A stretch of DNA of 64,000 nt from Oculina patagonica (lineage: Eukaryota), in the NCBI RefSeq assembly GCF_052425735.1, contig NC_135762.1, positions 27,900,001-27,964,000 of the forward strand, given 5' to 3'. Positions within the stretch are counted from its first letter, which is position 1. Each line of letters begins with the position of its first letter. Shown here piece after piece: positions 25,801 to 40,600 of the stretch. The notes below the pieces were generated by a model. That model was not told the origin of the DNA, did not search any database, and saw only the letters and a list, made by a program, of their open reading frames with translations. Both the position numbers and the translations under genes were made by a program.

Positions 25801-26765
25801 ACGCAAATTGATCATGTTCGCGAGCCATCAAAACAAATGCTGATTTGTGTCAGCTGTCTTTTTTGCCACGATAAACTGGTTTGGCGGATACAAACTGAAA
25901 TTTAAAACTGAAATTTTGAATTTCCGCCGCCGTAAACAGTTTGATTTCTTTAATTTAATATTTGAAAAAAATATTGTTTTTACCCGGCCTTAATCTGCAT
26001 AAATGACAAGCTGATATGCATAAAGCAAATGGCATTATAACTTAAATGTTATTAAAAGAGCGGAGCATTAGCGGGCATAGCTGATTGAACGTATTTTCAA
26101 CTCTCAATACTAGTTTTAATATTACCAAAAAGAATAAATCTAACTGAATGCCGTATCCCTGAGCCTAAATTAAAACTAGTGCAAGAAATAGTTCTGATTA
26201 GAGTAAAACTGAAACACCTGTACAAACAGTTTTCTATGCTTATCTTATCTTCTCCGCAAGGTGACGTTGAGCTTAAGCTGTGACTACTAATGCCTCATGT
26301 AACGAAAGGGGAAAAGGATATTAATCGGATATTCAGGTTTCGTTAGCATTTACTGTTGATGGAAGGATCAACATATAAAAAAGGCAGTTTAAGCAGAAAA
26401 AACGCTTGATTTTTACAACAGCATCAATATTTTCGGTGCCAGTGTATAATGCGGTATCAGTTGACTGTTTTAAAAAGCCCTGATTAAATTAAAAGCGATA
26501 TTGGGTTTCTGCACGCGTGAATATGAGCAAGGCGAATGTCGACAGTTTGCAATTCGCAAGTGTGTTTTGTTTTAGTGCATATTTCATTATATAAGAAATT
26601 TCTTTTAAACGCTAGAAACGTCATTCTTGTTTGCTATCTTCATTTGAACCGGTTTCGATTCCGCGCCAGTCGACTACTCAGGCTACCGATCACAGTCATC
26701 ACACAGTTGAATGTTAAAAACTTACCAATTAGAACGATCGTTTCGACCACATTTCGAATCCTCAT
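19881..26765 (-). CDS. Type I membrane protein: signal peptide, 2 CUB domains, TM, Pro-rich PPxY tail; exons 26765-26726, 23071-23036, 22418-22041, 21135-20737, 20380-19881 (~450 aa)
   Basis: All introns are GT-AG phase 1 and the exons total 1353 nt. CUB motifs (SPSYP..YP....C.W, F..F.LE, C..DY.E.RDG, G.FCGS, V.F.SD); TM VVGVIVGIGVIVFIIALAIYLI; APPPYY. Confidence 0.85.
21805..22036. mobile_element. Harbinger-like MITE inside the splice donor of CUB exon 3
   Basis: TIR AGCCTGGTTTTCACTAGCGACGCAAGCACAAGCGCAAG; TTA duplicated at 21802-21804 and 22037-22039. Confidence 0.88.
23293..23693. mobile_element. MITE
   Basis: TIR CAGGGGCACCCA; ATAGAT on both flanks. Confidence 0.75.
24363..24962. mobile_element. 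MITE-like element
   Basis: Imperfect terminal inverted repeats ATT..TGGTTTTCA..GT.AC. Confidence 0.5.
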
Positions 26766-29102
26766 GTTTTAAATTTCAGACTCCGCGGACCAGTGCTAAT
26801 TAGCGCGACAATCAGGGTGCCTCGTTCGATTTCATCAAGGGAAAGCTCTACTAAATGAATGAAACATACTATGGTCGTCAAGAACCAGTTGTCAGGAAAA
26901 TCCTTGTTGACGTCACTGTCATTTGATGTTTGTCGATGTGTATTTATGTATCGATGTCGTATGCGTCAATATGTCACGCCATATTGAGTGACGAAAATGA
27001 AGCGCTACTAAAACGTTGAGGCTGGTTCTCATATAATCGCCTTGATCGTTTCTATCGCCGCTGTCACTTCAAAACGTTTTCTCGCGATCGGGGCGTTTAT
27101 TTTTATAAAGTGTGTGAGGCTTTTTTAATATTTTAAATATTTCGCGTTTTACGCCTTCTTACGTGACGAAGATCGGCGAACATTCTAATCGCCGAGTTTA
27201 CAATAGATTTTCTCAGCAACCAATAGGAATATCCAAAAAGCCTCACACAGTTTGTATGTAGTCCATTAACTGCTGATTGACACTGTCCAGTTTGTTTAGT
27301 CGTATGTGCGAACATGAAAGCAGGTAATTCAATTTTAACAGTTTTAATAGCAAACATCGTCAGTGTTGCTTGAAGGCTTGCGCGAGCTTACCATTAGACT
27401 AAATCTTTAAAATAATTATTTCTTTAGATTCTACATTCTATTAGCTTTACAGTGATATATACTTTTATAAGGTTTTGTAAAAAGAAATGCGCGTATGAAC
27501 GATTTTCCGGAAGACACCCCTGTTCAAGGTCCACAGTAACCTTAAGTTCGATTGCGTTCGAAAACCGAACGTTCGATGAGATACGCCGGGATAAGAACTC
27601 TTCTGATTACACAGACGATCGCTACCGTCTGCGATCACAATCGCTTGGATCGCCCGTGTTCTATCCTTTTAGCTTCTCTTTCCCTTCTTCGCCGCATTTA
27701 AACTGAACTGAGAAGATAGGAGGCCACGAGTTTTGCTCTTTCGTTGAAGGCTGCCATTGTGTTGTATCTAGGGCTAAAATGATTGTTTTTCGTAGAACTT
27801 CGCTCATACCAAGCGATCGGAACGATCATGAGATCTCCGATCCCTTCCATCGTCTTAATACTGAACGATCGATGCGATAGAAATGATCGGGGCGATCATA
27901 GGCGATCCAACCCTAATAAGAGTTCAAAATTATGTCGGGTGCGTAGGCGCCCATGGGGGAAGAGGGGCGCTTATTCGAGGAAGAACGATTAATCAAGGAC
28001 ACATGACCTATGGTTTCCTTCATATATTTTTAGTATCACTTGCCAGTTTAATCATTTGATGGGAACACACAGTGTTGGACCGGACCCATTTGGCACTGGA
28101 CTGAGTGAACGTAACCTTCGAGTTCCTGGCGGACGTCGCAGTTTTTCGTGATCCGTGACAGCTCAAACTTCTGTTTCCCGTGAATTGTAAAAGAGCTATT
28201 TTTTTTTTTTCGTGAAACGTGATTTGGTTATAGCCGTGAATCGATCCTCTTCATGAGAATTGCGAAATTTGTTTTTGACTGTAAACCGTGATTTCCTCCT
28301 CTTTCCAAAAAATTATCCAGTAAGCGTTTGAAAACTAGACTACGGGCAGTAAATTGCGTGACCAGTGCATGCGCCGAGTAATTTATACCGGCTTTTGGAG
28401 ACAAGCGACAGCTGGAAATACGTCTGCTTTTGCAGGCTATGCATGGCCGTGACTGATCGACATTTTGGGCACTACTAGGTCACGCTACTCCGATTGGTAA
28501 TTTAACACCTTTTATCTTGGTTTCATGAAATTGCTAACTCCCTCTCCCTTACAGCAAAATTCCAGAACGGGACAAGGATGAGAAATTGTTCCCTTAGAGC
28601 TTTTCTGTTATAGTCAAACCCTGGAAATCCACTTCTATCATTATCGTAAAACGAGTTAAGACTAAAATCGACTGTTAATATTCTCATTTCTTATTTATAA
28701 AAACACTCTTTATTCGTTTTGTACTGCCCATGTATGTACCATCCTACAACCGTTCCACACATATTAAAATATTATTTCTTACTATCAAAATAGCTCAGAC
28801 GTAACTCGTCAGAAGTTTAGTTACAAAGTGATCTTCACTTGATCGAGTAAAATTCCGGACATCAGCAGCAGAGGAAATCTTAACGTAAAATCATCACATG
28901 AATTTAGGCAAGGTTATTAATTAATTCTTTTCCTCTCCGATTTTTTCAGTTGCAGCCATCTTGATGTTTGGACGCGGGAAATAGACAGTTTTCGAAACTG
29001 TTTGTAATCGTCAAAGCGTTTGTCCGGGACGTGCTCGGACAAAGAAGCTGACGGACAGTCCTGAACCAAATATGACGTTCTATAACTGCTTTCCGCGTCA
29101 TG

Positions 29103-29331
29103 AAGCTCGGACCAAACGAGGATGAGAGTTGACGAGAGTTCAAACTTTCGCTCTCGTTTGGTCTGAAACTCTCATGCACTCTCATCGACTTTGAACGTGT
29201 TCAAATTTTTCATAACAGTCAATGATTGTTTTGTCTCGTTTGGCCCGAGTTAATGATAGTCGATGAGAGTTGAAGAAAATTCTCATGAGAGTCAACTCTC
29301 ATCAACTCTTATCCTCGTTCAGCCTGGGCTT
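29103..29331. mobile_element. Palindromic MITE (Harbinger-like)
   Basis: Inverted ends AAGC....AACGAGGAT(G/A)AGAGTTGA.GAGAGTT. Confidence 0.6.
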
Positions 29332-29456
29332 AAGTGTGCAAGATCGTGGTGAGGAAAACAAGGTTACGGGAAAATGGATTCCCCCCTTCCCCACTCCCTC
29401 TCCTCTGCTATGAGATGCCTGGTTAGAGCAGTATTCAATTATTGAAATTCAAATTG

Positions 29457-32400
29457 CTAATCACTCCAAAACGGGCTTTTTACAGGTTGGTGACCAGCTT
29501 TTGTGATCATATGAAACACTGTCTCAAATGAATCTCCCCTTTGTAGGCTGTCAGGGAGAGGTGAGTAGAGGAATTTTATCCACTGCCGCAGCGCAAACTT
29601 GGTACCAGTGGAGAGTCGTTCTTTGTTTTGCTCCCGTCCGTCTTCCCCCGTGCGGGGTAGGGACGACATTAGGTTTGATAATGGAAGGTTTTTCTCAACT
29701 GTGTGGGAATTTTCAATCACAATAGCTCTGTTAAAGAAAAACAAAAAAGAAGAATTAGTAGTTAGTTACACAGTAAAATTAAATTTGCTTCACAAAACAG
29801 CCGAGTGCCTCAGGACTGTAGCCGCGTCTTTGATAAGCGAGAGAAAACGATTTTTTTAGGAGAAATAGTTTTTTTTACGCAAAGGCTTGCGTAACAAGCA
29901 GGGACCAAAATTATTGTCCATGATGTAACGGGGTTTCCTTAGTAGACGGACGATAACTGACGGTGGTCTGAATTTTGTCTGCCGTGAGACCAAATAAACT
30001 GTATGTGATATGTGTGACTGTATGGTCTCTCGCGACAAGTGAATATCTACATGAATACAAAATGTGTGTGAGAATTTTATTGGCATGAAAAAAAAAAAAA
30101 AAAAAAAAAAAAATCAAAGTTAGTTTTCAGTTTTGTTTTTGCGGTTCTTTCTGTTGCTGCCGTTGTCGTACTGATGTGTGTTGTTGTTCCATTATCATTA
30201 TCGCGCTGATTAGTTGTGAGTCATAGATTTTTAAAACGTGAATTAAAAAGTTGGTGAAGTTTTTTTTTTGGCCATGTTGCTGTGGTTGTTGTCTGATGTT
30301 TACTGTGGCGGAGCAGGGAGGCGTTTTGGTACCGAAAATTGTTTGTCAAGATATTTCGTCTCGTGAGTGAGTTGAAACATCTTCAAAACTTCCTTGGGAG
30401 TTTAGGTTCGGAAAAGTACGAAAAACGATCGCAAACGTCCGTATGTTCGAACAACAATCGGAGAATCTTCGCTCTAGAAACGGCTCAGAAAACAAAACGT
30501 TGCTTGAACGGGAAAAAGGTTGCTCCAAATATGACATTCATGGCAACCCCCCCCCCCCCCCCCCCCAAGTTCCAAAACGCTCCGCCGTCTCTGCTACAAA
30601 CCGACCTGAAATATCTTTGTGGTACTTTTCTTGATTGTCCAAAGTCATCGCTGCGCGCTGCCTCGGTTGCAGTCGCCTCATCCAGCCATGTGGCTGCATC
30701 AACCTCTTTATGGTGCAGGTTGAGTCTTCCTTGCAGTGTGCGATGGTCTTCACGGGCTTGGGCTAAGAAGTACACGACGATATGGTGCCTAACGGGTAGA
30801 CCCATTGACAGAATGGGTGGAAACACCGACTGAAAATCAATAAAAACAGTGATTATAAAGATGGGGCTGCTTCGAAGCTGCTGGATTTGAGTGAAAAAAA
30901 AAAAAACTCCAGGGGCCGTTGTGGAAACAAAACGATCGTATAATCAACACCAACACTAAGTGTTACATACACCCTCGATTTGATTACCTGTACTTAGATC
31001 AAGAAAATCAATTACATTGCAGAACGAAAACAAAGTCATTAAAACAAATCAACTGGGGTGTGTCAGTTAAATAGATTTCAATTGTAAAAAAAGATTACCC
31101 TTATGATTACCCTTATCCTAAGGGGGCGAGGAAGTGGGGGGGGGGGGGCGGTGGTGGAGAGGGTATACAAAATTGATGGGGGTGATTGGTGAAAACTTGC
31201 CCCCATTTCTTGGTCCCCTTTACGGTACAAGGGTAACTTTAACGGATTTTAACCCCGTTGTTTGAAGGTTTATTAGACAAGAAAAGAGTTCCCCTCTTTT
31301 TTTCACAAAGTGCATGCATAAGATCATTACAACACAGCCACGGATTATTTGTGTACCCACATTTTGTGGGTCGATTATATCACACGTGTAAAGGAGAACT
31401 TGACATTGTAGAGACTGACAATTGGGTATTTGGCACTGTAGGTGCTGTGTGTGATGATGCAAAGGCCAAAACGATAACAACTATCAAAAGTCAGAGCTGT
31501 GTGAAAGTTTAAGTTAATTTTCATTACCTCCCAAAGACCAAGTGGTGCGATGTTGAGGTTTCCCTCTGAAAATGTCAACCCAGTTTCTTCTGATAGCTCT
31601 CTTAGAAACGCTTGATGGAGCTGGAATGTCAAAGAAAGAATGTCACAAATTATCATAAGCATATCTCTGCAATCATTTTGACCAGTTTGTAGTTACTGCA
31701 GAGACTATGTACATTGTTAGTCATCCGTTTTAAGCATGTTTAACAACGAGGCCAGGCACACAAAAAGTTAGTGGTGTCAGTTTAAAAGAGCTAGGACTAT
31801 TGTCAAGATTCACACTAAACAACAAGCAGGAAAAAAACACTTGTCTGAAAACATGAACGTGGGCTTCCACTTTCCCCCTCAATATTACCCTGTTATCGAG
31901 TTTACACAGTGTTTATTTCTGACCGTTAACCTTATCTTTTAAGCTAATAAGGCAATTGTTTTACACACACCGTTTCTCCAGGCTCTACATGGCCACCTGC
32001 AAAAAAAAAAAAAAATACGTACGGTAGCATAAATATGCATGTAAATCTTATTCATGTGAGTTTTGTAACCCCTTAATTTTAATAAATTGAGGTGAGGGGC
32101 TAATAAACTATAATTTATTATCTTCAAGGAAATTATTCGAGTAATTTAAAAGTGAATGTTAAGGGCACCCAAGAGAAAACAGTAGGATGCCATTTTATGT
32201 TTTGTTTTTTAATTGGTAAACTTCTTTGTTTTTTTCTTTCATAATTGCATTTTTAGGAAATCCTTTTATAATGCTTTCTACATTTCTATTTTTATCTCTG
32301 TAAGCTACTTATATATATAAGGTTTTTTGCATTCATCAAGGGAAATATCATTCATTATCATGAAGAAAGAAGAAGGACCTTATTGGCCAAGATTGCATAA

Positions 32401-35400
32401 AGAAGGAAAGAAGGTGAGGTTACATAACTAGATTCAGGTGTTAATTTTACCCCCAAGGCATTAAAAAAAACATGTTTTTAAAAAATGTTATCGTATTTTT
32501 TTAAATTTGCGGCTTTCATTATGGCAATTATTTAGAAATGCAGTGTAATAATGAACGGAAGGTGGGTAGGAAGTGAAGTTTTTTGTTTACTAAAGGTGGA
32601 TAAAATGGAAAACACTGATTTCGGTCTTACATGGTAGGATTTGTGGGGTTGGGGGTTTGGGGGAAAAAAAACCCCCCCCCCCCCACAGTTTGGAGTCAGG
32701 GTTTTCTGAAGTGTAAGGGGATTTGGTTGTGAGGCTGGGCAGGGGTCCCAGTTGGGCAATACATGCTTCTTATTGAGCTTGTTAGTGAATTCAATGATTA
32801 ATACATTTTTTTAATAAAAATAATGAGATTATCTGCTGCTGCTGCTCAACTCAAGGAAACCAATAAGTTAATTAGCTAACTAGCAATGTTTGGAAGATAC
32901 TTGTACACTGTACTACATCCCTTTAATAAGTTTTTGTATCAAGGTTACCTGGAGGAACCCACACACATGGGAATGTCCGCATATGTTCTGCTCGCCGTGT
33001 CAGCAGCACATGGCCATCTGATGACTGAAGCAAGACCGCAACTGCTACCTTAACTCCGTGACACCTCTCTCCCTCTGGAATGTTGGCGATATCTGATGCT
33101 GTCAAAAAACGACAAGGACACCCAGTGGGATGCTGTCACAGGGAAAAATATGCAGCAATCAGAAAAGTACAGTACATGTAATAAAGATGTTTCATTGTTG
33201 ATAAATTTCAGTAAAGGTAAATAAAAAAACCTTCATGTTCTTTTACAGCACAGTGCACAGGCACATTCAGAACTCATATAACCTATAGTAACTTGCATAA
33301 CCCTAATTCAGTTGACTTTTACCCGCTTTGAACACATCAGAGATGAATTGTAACTCTAAGAAGAACAGTATTATAAATTTTCAGATTCAGCTGGTTTATT
33401 CTTGTACAGGAAATTTTAATTCTGAGCAACAAATGATACTGCAAGGACCTTGGGATCTGCATGTTCATCATAGGGAGGGTGGGGGGGATCTCATATTATG
33501 TTTCCTGGACAATGGAAAAATTGAAAGACTGTCTTGTCACCAGCAATTACTCTCTGACTGTAAGTCTACATTGGTTACAGAAAATTGGAAGCTATGAGAC
33601 TATTTTAATGATCCTGATCCTGAGGGGGGCAGGGGGAGGGTGGGGTTATGGTGATCTTTGAGTGTATTACATGAACGTTGGAATATTTCAGGAACTACCT
33701 GTCTACTCAGTTTTAAAGAAAAAAAAAAAACAGTAAAAGCTGCCATCCTCCTTGCTTTAACACTGTGAAAATGTAAGTTAGTGTTCCCCTCAGGCTGGGG
33801 TGAAAATGTCAATTGGAGCTACATGTATGTGTATGCCCACAAATGAGATTGGATATATGTATGTTATGGATACTTTTATACATGTATGTGGGTACCTCTA
33901 CCCTCCTTTCAACAACAATGAGAAAATCTGGGATGGGTGAGTGCTGTTGACAATGCACTTACCGAAGTCATGACATTAGTTTGTTTTATTGTTTTACCCT
34001 TCTAAAAGTGGACATTCCAGGGCCCAATTGTTCAAAGGATGGATAACGCTATCCAGTAGATAGAATTAAATCACTATCAAGTGAATAAATTTTAGTTAAC
34101 AAAACAATTACTTTGCTATCCACTGGATAGCAGTTTAAGCCAATGGATAGCGTTATCTGCCCCTATTGAACAACTAGGCCCAGAACGTTCTATTAAATAA
34201 TTAAATATCATCATCTCTGAAGAACAAAACCCAAGGCCATGCAGTCAAGATGGTCCATTTCTTACCGCAAGCTTGAGGCCTTGCTCAATTGGATAAATCT
34301 CTAGTCTCTCATTCTGGTATTTATACCCAACATCCATCCTGTTTTCTTTGCAGCCCATAACAGTTAAACAGCACTAATGGTAAAAAGTTAATAACAAAGA
34401 TATAAGTCTATGGAACATATAAGCATTTAAAATTTATATAAAGGGGAAGCCATGAGCCAAGTTGCCCATACTTGCCAGAGCTTATCCCGGATTCTGTAGC
34501 ATTAAGCGGCTAGGAATATTACAATCCCAACCCCTCCCCCCCCCCCCCCACCTGAATGGGATGCTAGTCCATTGCTGGGTAACCCTCCCCAAGCATTATG
34601 TCACCAGTACCCATTTATACACATGGGTGGAGAGAGGCGCTATGAGATTTAAGAGTCTTGGCCAAGAACACAACACAGTGACCCTGGCCAGGCCTTAAAC
34701 CCGGACCGCTTGATCCGGTCTGACACACTAACCATTAGGCCACGACGCCTCCCAAATTTATCTAAAGCATGCATAATTGTGTTTACCTTTGCATCTTTAC
34801 ATCCTTCAGCTAAACCCCAACCAAATAATTTTATACAGTACATAATATGACATGCAGTGCACATACACTGTAACTGAATTTTGCAAAATGGAATGGAAAC
34901 ACTTGACAAAACTTCTTTGACTGATTCAATGGATAGGCAATGTGACATGTGAATTTGGTTAAAATTTGTGCGTGAATTAGGATCACCCCCCCCCCCCCCC
35001 CCTCCCTTGCTACCCTCTAAAAGACAGTTTAGTTTATTTGTATTTCCCTCAAATCGATTAATCGAAAGTTACGCAATCATTTAACTTAATGGAGCTCAAT
35101 CGAAATAATCAAAAGGAACCAAGTGTTTGATTGCGTTCGATTGCTCCAGATTTCTGTGCAAGTTTGATTGCGTTCGATTACAGAACCCAATCGAACCCAA
35201 TCATGGGCGATTAAAGTTCGATATTTGAGCTCGATTAATCGAACGTTCGATGTGGCTCGATTAGTCATGATAAGTTATAGCCTGTGGGGTGGGGATTCAG
35301 GCTAACTAGATCGAGGTCTGCAGGTCGCATTGTCGCACACCGATCAGTGCTTCATTCTGAGATAAACAATCATTAACTTACGATTGGTATTTTTGTTTTA

Positions 35401-35577
35401 TTTTAAATTTAAAACTGCTAAACAGTAAGCTAATTAGCACTTAGATGTGCCGGTGTGCAATAAAGGCAGGTATTTACTGCTGTTTTGTTTACCTACTTTT
35501 TCGAATGATGCAGGAACTGCCCCTCCTCCTTGGGAATCTTTGCACAGAAACACTCTTGGATCACTTCTTCCAGACAT
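29457..35577 (-). CDS. NUDT17: Nudix hydrolase 17; exons 35577-35497, 34373-34266, 33132-32949, 31996-31971, 31620-31528, 30829-30606, 29727-29457 (~328 aa)
   Basis: Spliced frame is continuous. Nudix box GGHVEPGETLHQAFLRELSEETGL, plus NUDT17-type motifs LLTRR..MRTFP.VWVPPG, LWESVFP, HHIVVY and ERLSTGTKFAL. Confidence 0.9.
34018..34182. mobile_element. Short MITE in a NUDT17 intron
   Basis: Inverted ends GGGCC.A.TTGTTCAA...GATAACGCTATCCA. Confidence 0.65.
34440..34755 (-). mobile_element. tRNA-derived SINE
   Basis: Minus strand starts GGGAGGCGTCGTGGCCTAATGGTTAG (A box) ... GGGTTTAAGGCC (B-box-like), followed by a TGTGTTGTGTTCTTGGCCAAGAC core. A decayed relative lies at ~44190-44365. Confidence 0.7.
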
Positions 35578-35759
35578 TTTAGAGCTAAGTCGGCGACAAG
35601 AGCTCGAAAACCAAGCTGATAATCTCTGTACACAAACGTACATCCACGAGCAAAGCGCGGTTGCTAAGTTACGATCCTGATTTCTGGTTTCCAGAGCGAG
35701 TGTTTCGAATAATCGTATCGGCCATTAAATAGGGGGAGCTCTGGGAACGAGCTACAAGA

Positions 35760-36071
35760 CATTCTCGTCCCCATAGCCCTTTCGTTTCTCTTAGCCGGCT
35801 GAGCCTTGGCACGAGAAAACGAAGGGCTCTGGGGACAGAGAATTTCCAGTCCTAGATTCTAGGACTTCCGGTCTTCATGTATGCAGTCATGACGTTTCAA
35901 AAGAATGTATGAGAGAGTCGTTATGTTTTTGACTTCCGTTTAGGAATTCTTTGTTCCAAACAGCCAATCAAAAAAATTCGAATTAATTCAAAAATCCTAT
36001 GTCCCCAGAGCCCTCCGTTTTCTCGTGCCAAGCCGGCTAAGAGAAACGAAAGGGCTATGGGGACGAGAATG
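35760..36071. mobile_element. Palindromic MITE with 9-bp TSD (Mutator-like) upstream of NUDT17
   Basis: Long TIR CATTCTCGTCCCCATAGCCCTTTCGTTTCTCTTAGCCGGCT; GCTACAAGA on both flanks. Confidence 0.85.
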
Positions 36072-36119
36072 GCTACAAGATCGCTAAATAAAACAAAATC
36101 CATAGGCCAGAAAGAGTAA

Positions 36120-37200
36120 GGAAATTCTTTCGAATATATTTCGCAGACCATTTGTGCACAATTGTTTACGAACAAAAGGGTGTAAGTTGACGTAACCAAC
36201 TTAAATTTAGTAAAAAAGGTGGTTGTTCTATTTTTAGAACTGCCATTGTGAAAAACGATACTTCCGCCATTAAAAATATCCCCGCTTTCATCATGTGAGT
36301 TGCTTGCATGTTACAGCTCTATCAGACACAAGGCTCGAAGCCGTGATTCAGTTTCATTCTTATCCTCACGTCACTATGACGATTGATTCACAGATTTTCA
36401 CGGCAATTTTGATGTTAATTGCCTCGGCAAACATAACAGCAACAGGTATGGTTCCTTCTGTTTGTTATATTGTAAAACAGTTATAAATCCCGGGTATATA
36501 AAACCTTCGGAAACATAGAACACACCTTTTAGAAGCGGTTGTTCAGCCACTAAAGCCACTGACTGAACTATGTCACCAATTGTTCCTTGCAACAACCTAG
36601 CAGAATTGTAAGGCTGGAGTTACATTGCAATTTGCATTCAAGATTGATGGATTTTGTTAAACTACTAACAAGGGAAGTTCTTTTCTTTGCTATGATTAAA
36701 GCGGAGTGTTTCAGGCTATCGAAGAAAACGAAATAACCTATTGAATAAGCAAATGTTGTTTCCGTTTTGTTCAAAGTACGGTTCTTGCGTTTGGCCAGCT
36801 TATGTGCTCAAAATTTAATACTTGCTGAAAATGGACATATAGATCTGCTTTTATAGAAAGTTACTCGTGTTTTCGCCAGCTAATTTTGTAATGAGAAAGT
36901 AATGGCACTTGAATCATCGGTCATTAAATATTTATTCAAGGGTGAGTGACTGATCTGCCAGCAGAAGCACTGATCGAAATAAATTAGTATAATATTGGCA
37001 ACGTTTTTGCTTTAGCGCTGGAGCCTGTTAGTCTACAATAACATCGTTTTCAGTAGACAAAAATAACTTGCTATAAATATAGCATCGGTCGTCGCCATTA
37101 CATGTTTAAGGCAAACACGGAAGTACATCGGATGAATTTGTAAATGAAACTTTGGTAAAAAGACAACATGAACATGCGTAATAAAATTCAGTGGCGTCAT
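36120..37200 (-). repeat. Single inverted, diverged copy of about 1.1 kb of the 1.7-kb tandem unit
   Basis: Its reverse complement matches blocks such as TTTACTAAATTTAAGTTGGTTACGTCAACTT, AAAATCTGTGAATCAATCG and GGTGACATAGTTCAGTCAG in the same order. Confidence 0.82.
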
Positions 37201-37662
37201 TATGGGCTGTCAGTTCAAACTTACCGTCATGGAGTAACTATCCTTTATATTCTTCGTGTGTAAACTTGTAGTAAATACCGCTGTTCACTTTATCTATCGA
37301 GTTATAAAAAAATAAAAAATAAAAACTATTCACATAATCTTTACCCTTTTGTTTTTAGTACAACTACGGATGCTAAACGTTGTCAGACATTCTTTCACAC
37401 TTTCAATTTTAATAACCAATAACACAACGTTTGATATCAAGCTGGAACCTTTTTTTTCAGTATTATCATCGATTGAATTTCCTCGAGCAACAGATCGTCC
37501 TTTGCTGTTGACAGAGAGAGCTTTTGTTTAAAATAATGGCGGACAAATTCCTCGGACACGAGAACAAATTCGTCAGCGTTTAGCACTAAAATCAACTGTC
37601 ATGTGTATCTTTCAATTCGAGGTCTACCTGTTTCAGTCGTATTTTTTTCGTTGTCTAAGTGC

Positions 37663-40600
37663 ATGGCATGGCCAGGATTAAAGTGGTGGCATATAAAAAA
37701 TGCATATTATCTGCAAAGCAATGTTAAGTTACATGTTCTTTTCATATTGCCTGGCTACGTTACTTGTCATATAGTATCGTGCTTACAGGAGAGGGCCAGG
37801 CTTTCATTAAGTAACGACGTTGCGCTCCACCGAGCCAGGCCCAGTCTAAACACTCTATAAATTCTGTACGTATCATCTCTGTATATCACTCACAAGCTCA
37901 GTTCTATCTCAGGTGCTGACAACTCTAAACACAGAGAGGTTTATGTTTCAAAGACTGGAGATGACTCTGAAAGTTGTGGTCCACGCAGTACGCCTTGCAA
38001 GACCATAGGACAAGCCGTTCGTCAAGTGGACTGGAACGGGTACATTTACAATGATGGTAAAGATACTGAGAAAAACCCTTATGACTGCAAGCCCGCGATA
38101 AATAATAAGTCACATGTTGGAATCAAAGTTCAGAAAAGTTTGCACATGGTTGGTATGGAATACACACCACACATTTCCTGCTTTGGTGGACTGACATTTC
38201 TTTCCAACACAAAGGCACTGAAGATTGTTCTATCAGGCATCGTTTTTCGGCAAACACCTCTGAGTTTTCAAGGTTGTGATCTAGTTAAAATACTCAACTG
38301 TTCCTTTGTAAACTCGTCGACAGCTTTGACGGTTCGCATGGAAAACAACACAAGCATGCAACTTGATATTCAAAACTCCTCGCACTTTGAAAACAATACT
38401 TCATGTCTAGAAGTGTTCGTATTGAACAGCGTTGAAAATCGAGATCAGTTTCTTACTGTCGATGTCAGTGATACAAAATTTCAGAACAACGGGCTTCTAC
38501 AGATCGGTTAGGAAGAGGAGCTATAACAATAAAAAACGAAGTAGGAAAAAATTCAAGCATCGCACATGTCCAAATATCGTGCTTCAAGATCGCATTCATA
38601 AACAACCGTGGGTACTTTATAAACCTTGACTTACCAACAGCTACTACGAGCGAAGAATACGTGGATATCAAGCTTATAAATAACACCCTTTCTCATTTGA
38701 TAAGTTCATTTCGTAGAAGAACATACAGCCAAGTAAACAGTTTGTACACTTCTCGTGCAAGACAAACACGTGCTCAATTCAGCAACTTCAGATGTTCTCA
38801 CAACCACTTATTGCGATGTATAAAGATTGTGTCTGATGAAGCCGTTGTAACAATTCGAAACTCTTCATTCGTTGGACAAACTATAACAAACGACAGAGGG
38901 GCAGCGGTGTTTCTAGAGTCAAAAGCAAGCGCGACCTTAGTTTTGATCAAGAGCAGGTTTCGACGAAATAAAGCAAAAGGAGGTGCGGCGATGTTTATTG
39001 AATGTAAAGACGGGATCTTAAAGCTTAATATTTCATTCGTTAATTTCACTGAATGCACCGCAAAATCGTACGGAAGCGCAATATCGGCTGGGAATCCCAA
39101 ATGTCGTTCCCTCATGAAAGAACGGATCGAGGACAAACAAATTTACTGTAGACTTAAAAGAGGTCCAAGTACAGAAATCCTACGGAAAAAAGGTTGCCAG
39201 TGTCCACATCCTGCTGTATAATGGAAAGGTTACCATCAACAATTCTTCGTGGAGCAACAACCAAAATTCATCAACTTATGCTTTGATAGTGCAGAATACA
39301 GGTGGTAAAACTAACATCACAATTTCTGGATGTTCCTTTATGCGAGGAGGCACTGTTAGAGTTATGGCTACGAGTAAACATGCAACAGGAAGCGTTACCG
39401 TTGAAAACTGTATAACGTCTAATCAACCAAAAGGACTAAAAGTGAGCAGTTTAGTATCTGAGTCCAAAGTTCAAAATCAAGGTGATCAAAGTTGTATTTT
39501 ACTCCATACTCGGCACTGGACTCGCAATATTTCCATCGACTTTGGCAGTATGATGAAATACCGGTTGAAATTTACATCTATAACTGCACATTTATCAATA
39601 ATTCGTACGACATTCTGGTACATCGTAAGGCTACAACCGAAGTGAAGTTCACCATTAGGAATACCGATTTTAGCAGCAGAAAGAAAGAATTCAGAGGAAA
39701 ATTTGGGATTTATTTTAGCGTAAATCAGTTAAGTAAAGTAAGTTCCTCAAACGCAGTTATCAAACTGGACAACATTTCATTTGATTCCCGACCTTCTAAC
39801 AGTTTTCTTTTGCAGTTTCCTGGTAAAAAAACGTTTACAATACAACGATCGACATTTCGAAGTGGGACTTGCCTTTGTTGAAGACGTTTTTCGTCATGCC
39901 GATCTTTATACTATAGGAACCGGTGCCATATCAATACTTAACAACCCTGATAAACTCCAGAGGACGGGTTGTATTAGGAGGATTACAAATGAAGACATTC
40001 ATTCTTTGTGGAATTACGACAGTGATGTGATATTTGAAGATGTTTTGTTCGAGGGAAGCGTGGGATTAACTGCTGGCGCTGTCTACATCAGCAATGGAAA
40101 CGTGACGTTTAATAGATGCACGTTTCGCGACAATTTTGCAACCAAGCGTTCCGGCCATGTTTATTCAGCATACGGAACTGGCCGAGTTGTGTTTAAAGAT
40201 TGCTTTTTCTCAACATCAATGGAGAAGATATCAGTAAATGACACAACTTTTGACAAATCCACATTTCCTGTATTCTGAAAGTGGAGGACCTATTCTGTTT
40301 CAAAACACATCAATGGTTTCGGACAACGCTGAAAGAGCGCGTTACGCCGTAGTTGACATTTCCAGTGGAGGATACGTTACTATCGACAATAGGACAACAA
40401 TTGAATGCGGGCAAGGAAGCCAGCTGTTATTTGAAAATTACACCCACTTCGCGTATTCTGAGAAAAACTGCACCTCTTGTAGGATTAATGTAACAGTTTT
40501 AAAATATTCCTGTAGGCTATGCCCTCCTGGTTTTTACAGCCTTCAAAAAGGAGTTTCGCAAGGTTTGAATGTGAAGGGCTCGTTTAACTGTTCGCCTTGC

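Noticed and set aside
34640-34755. tRNA gene
   Set aside because: A/B-box-like motifs are present, but no convincing cloverleaf. It continues into a SINE body.
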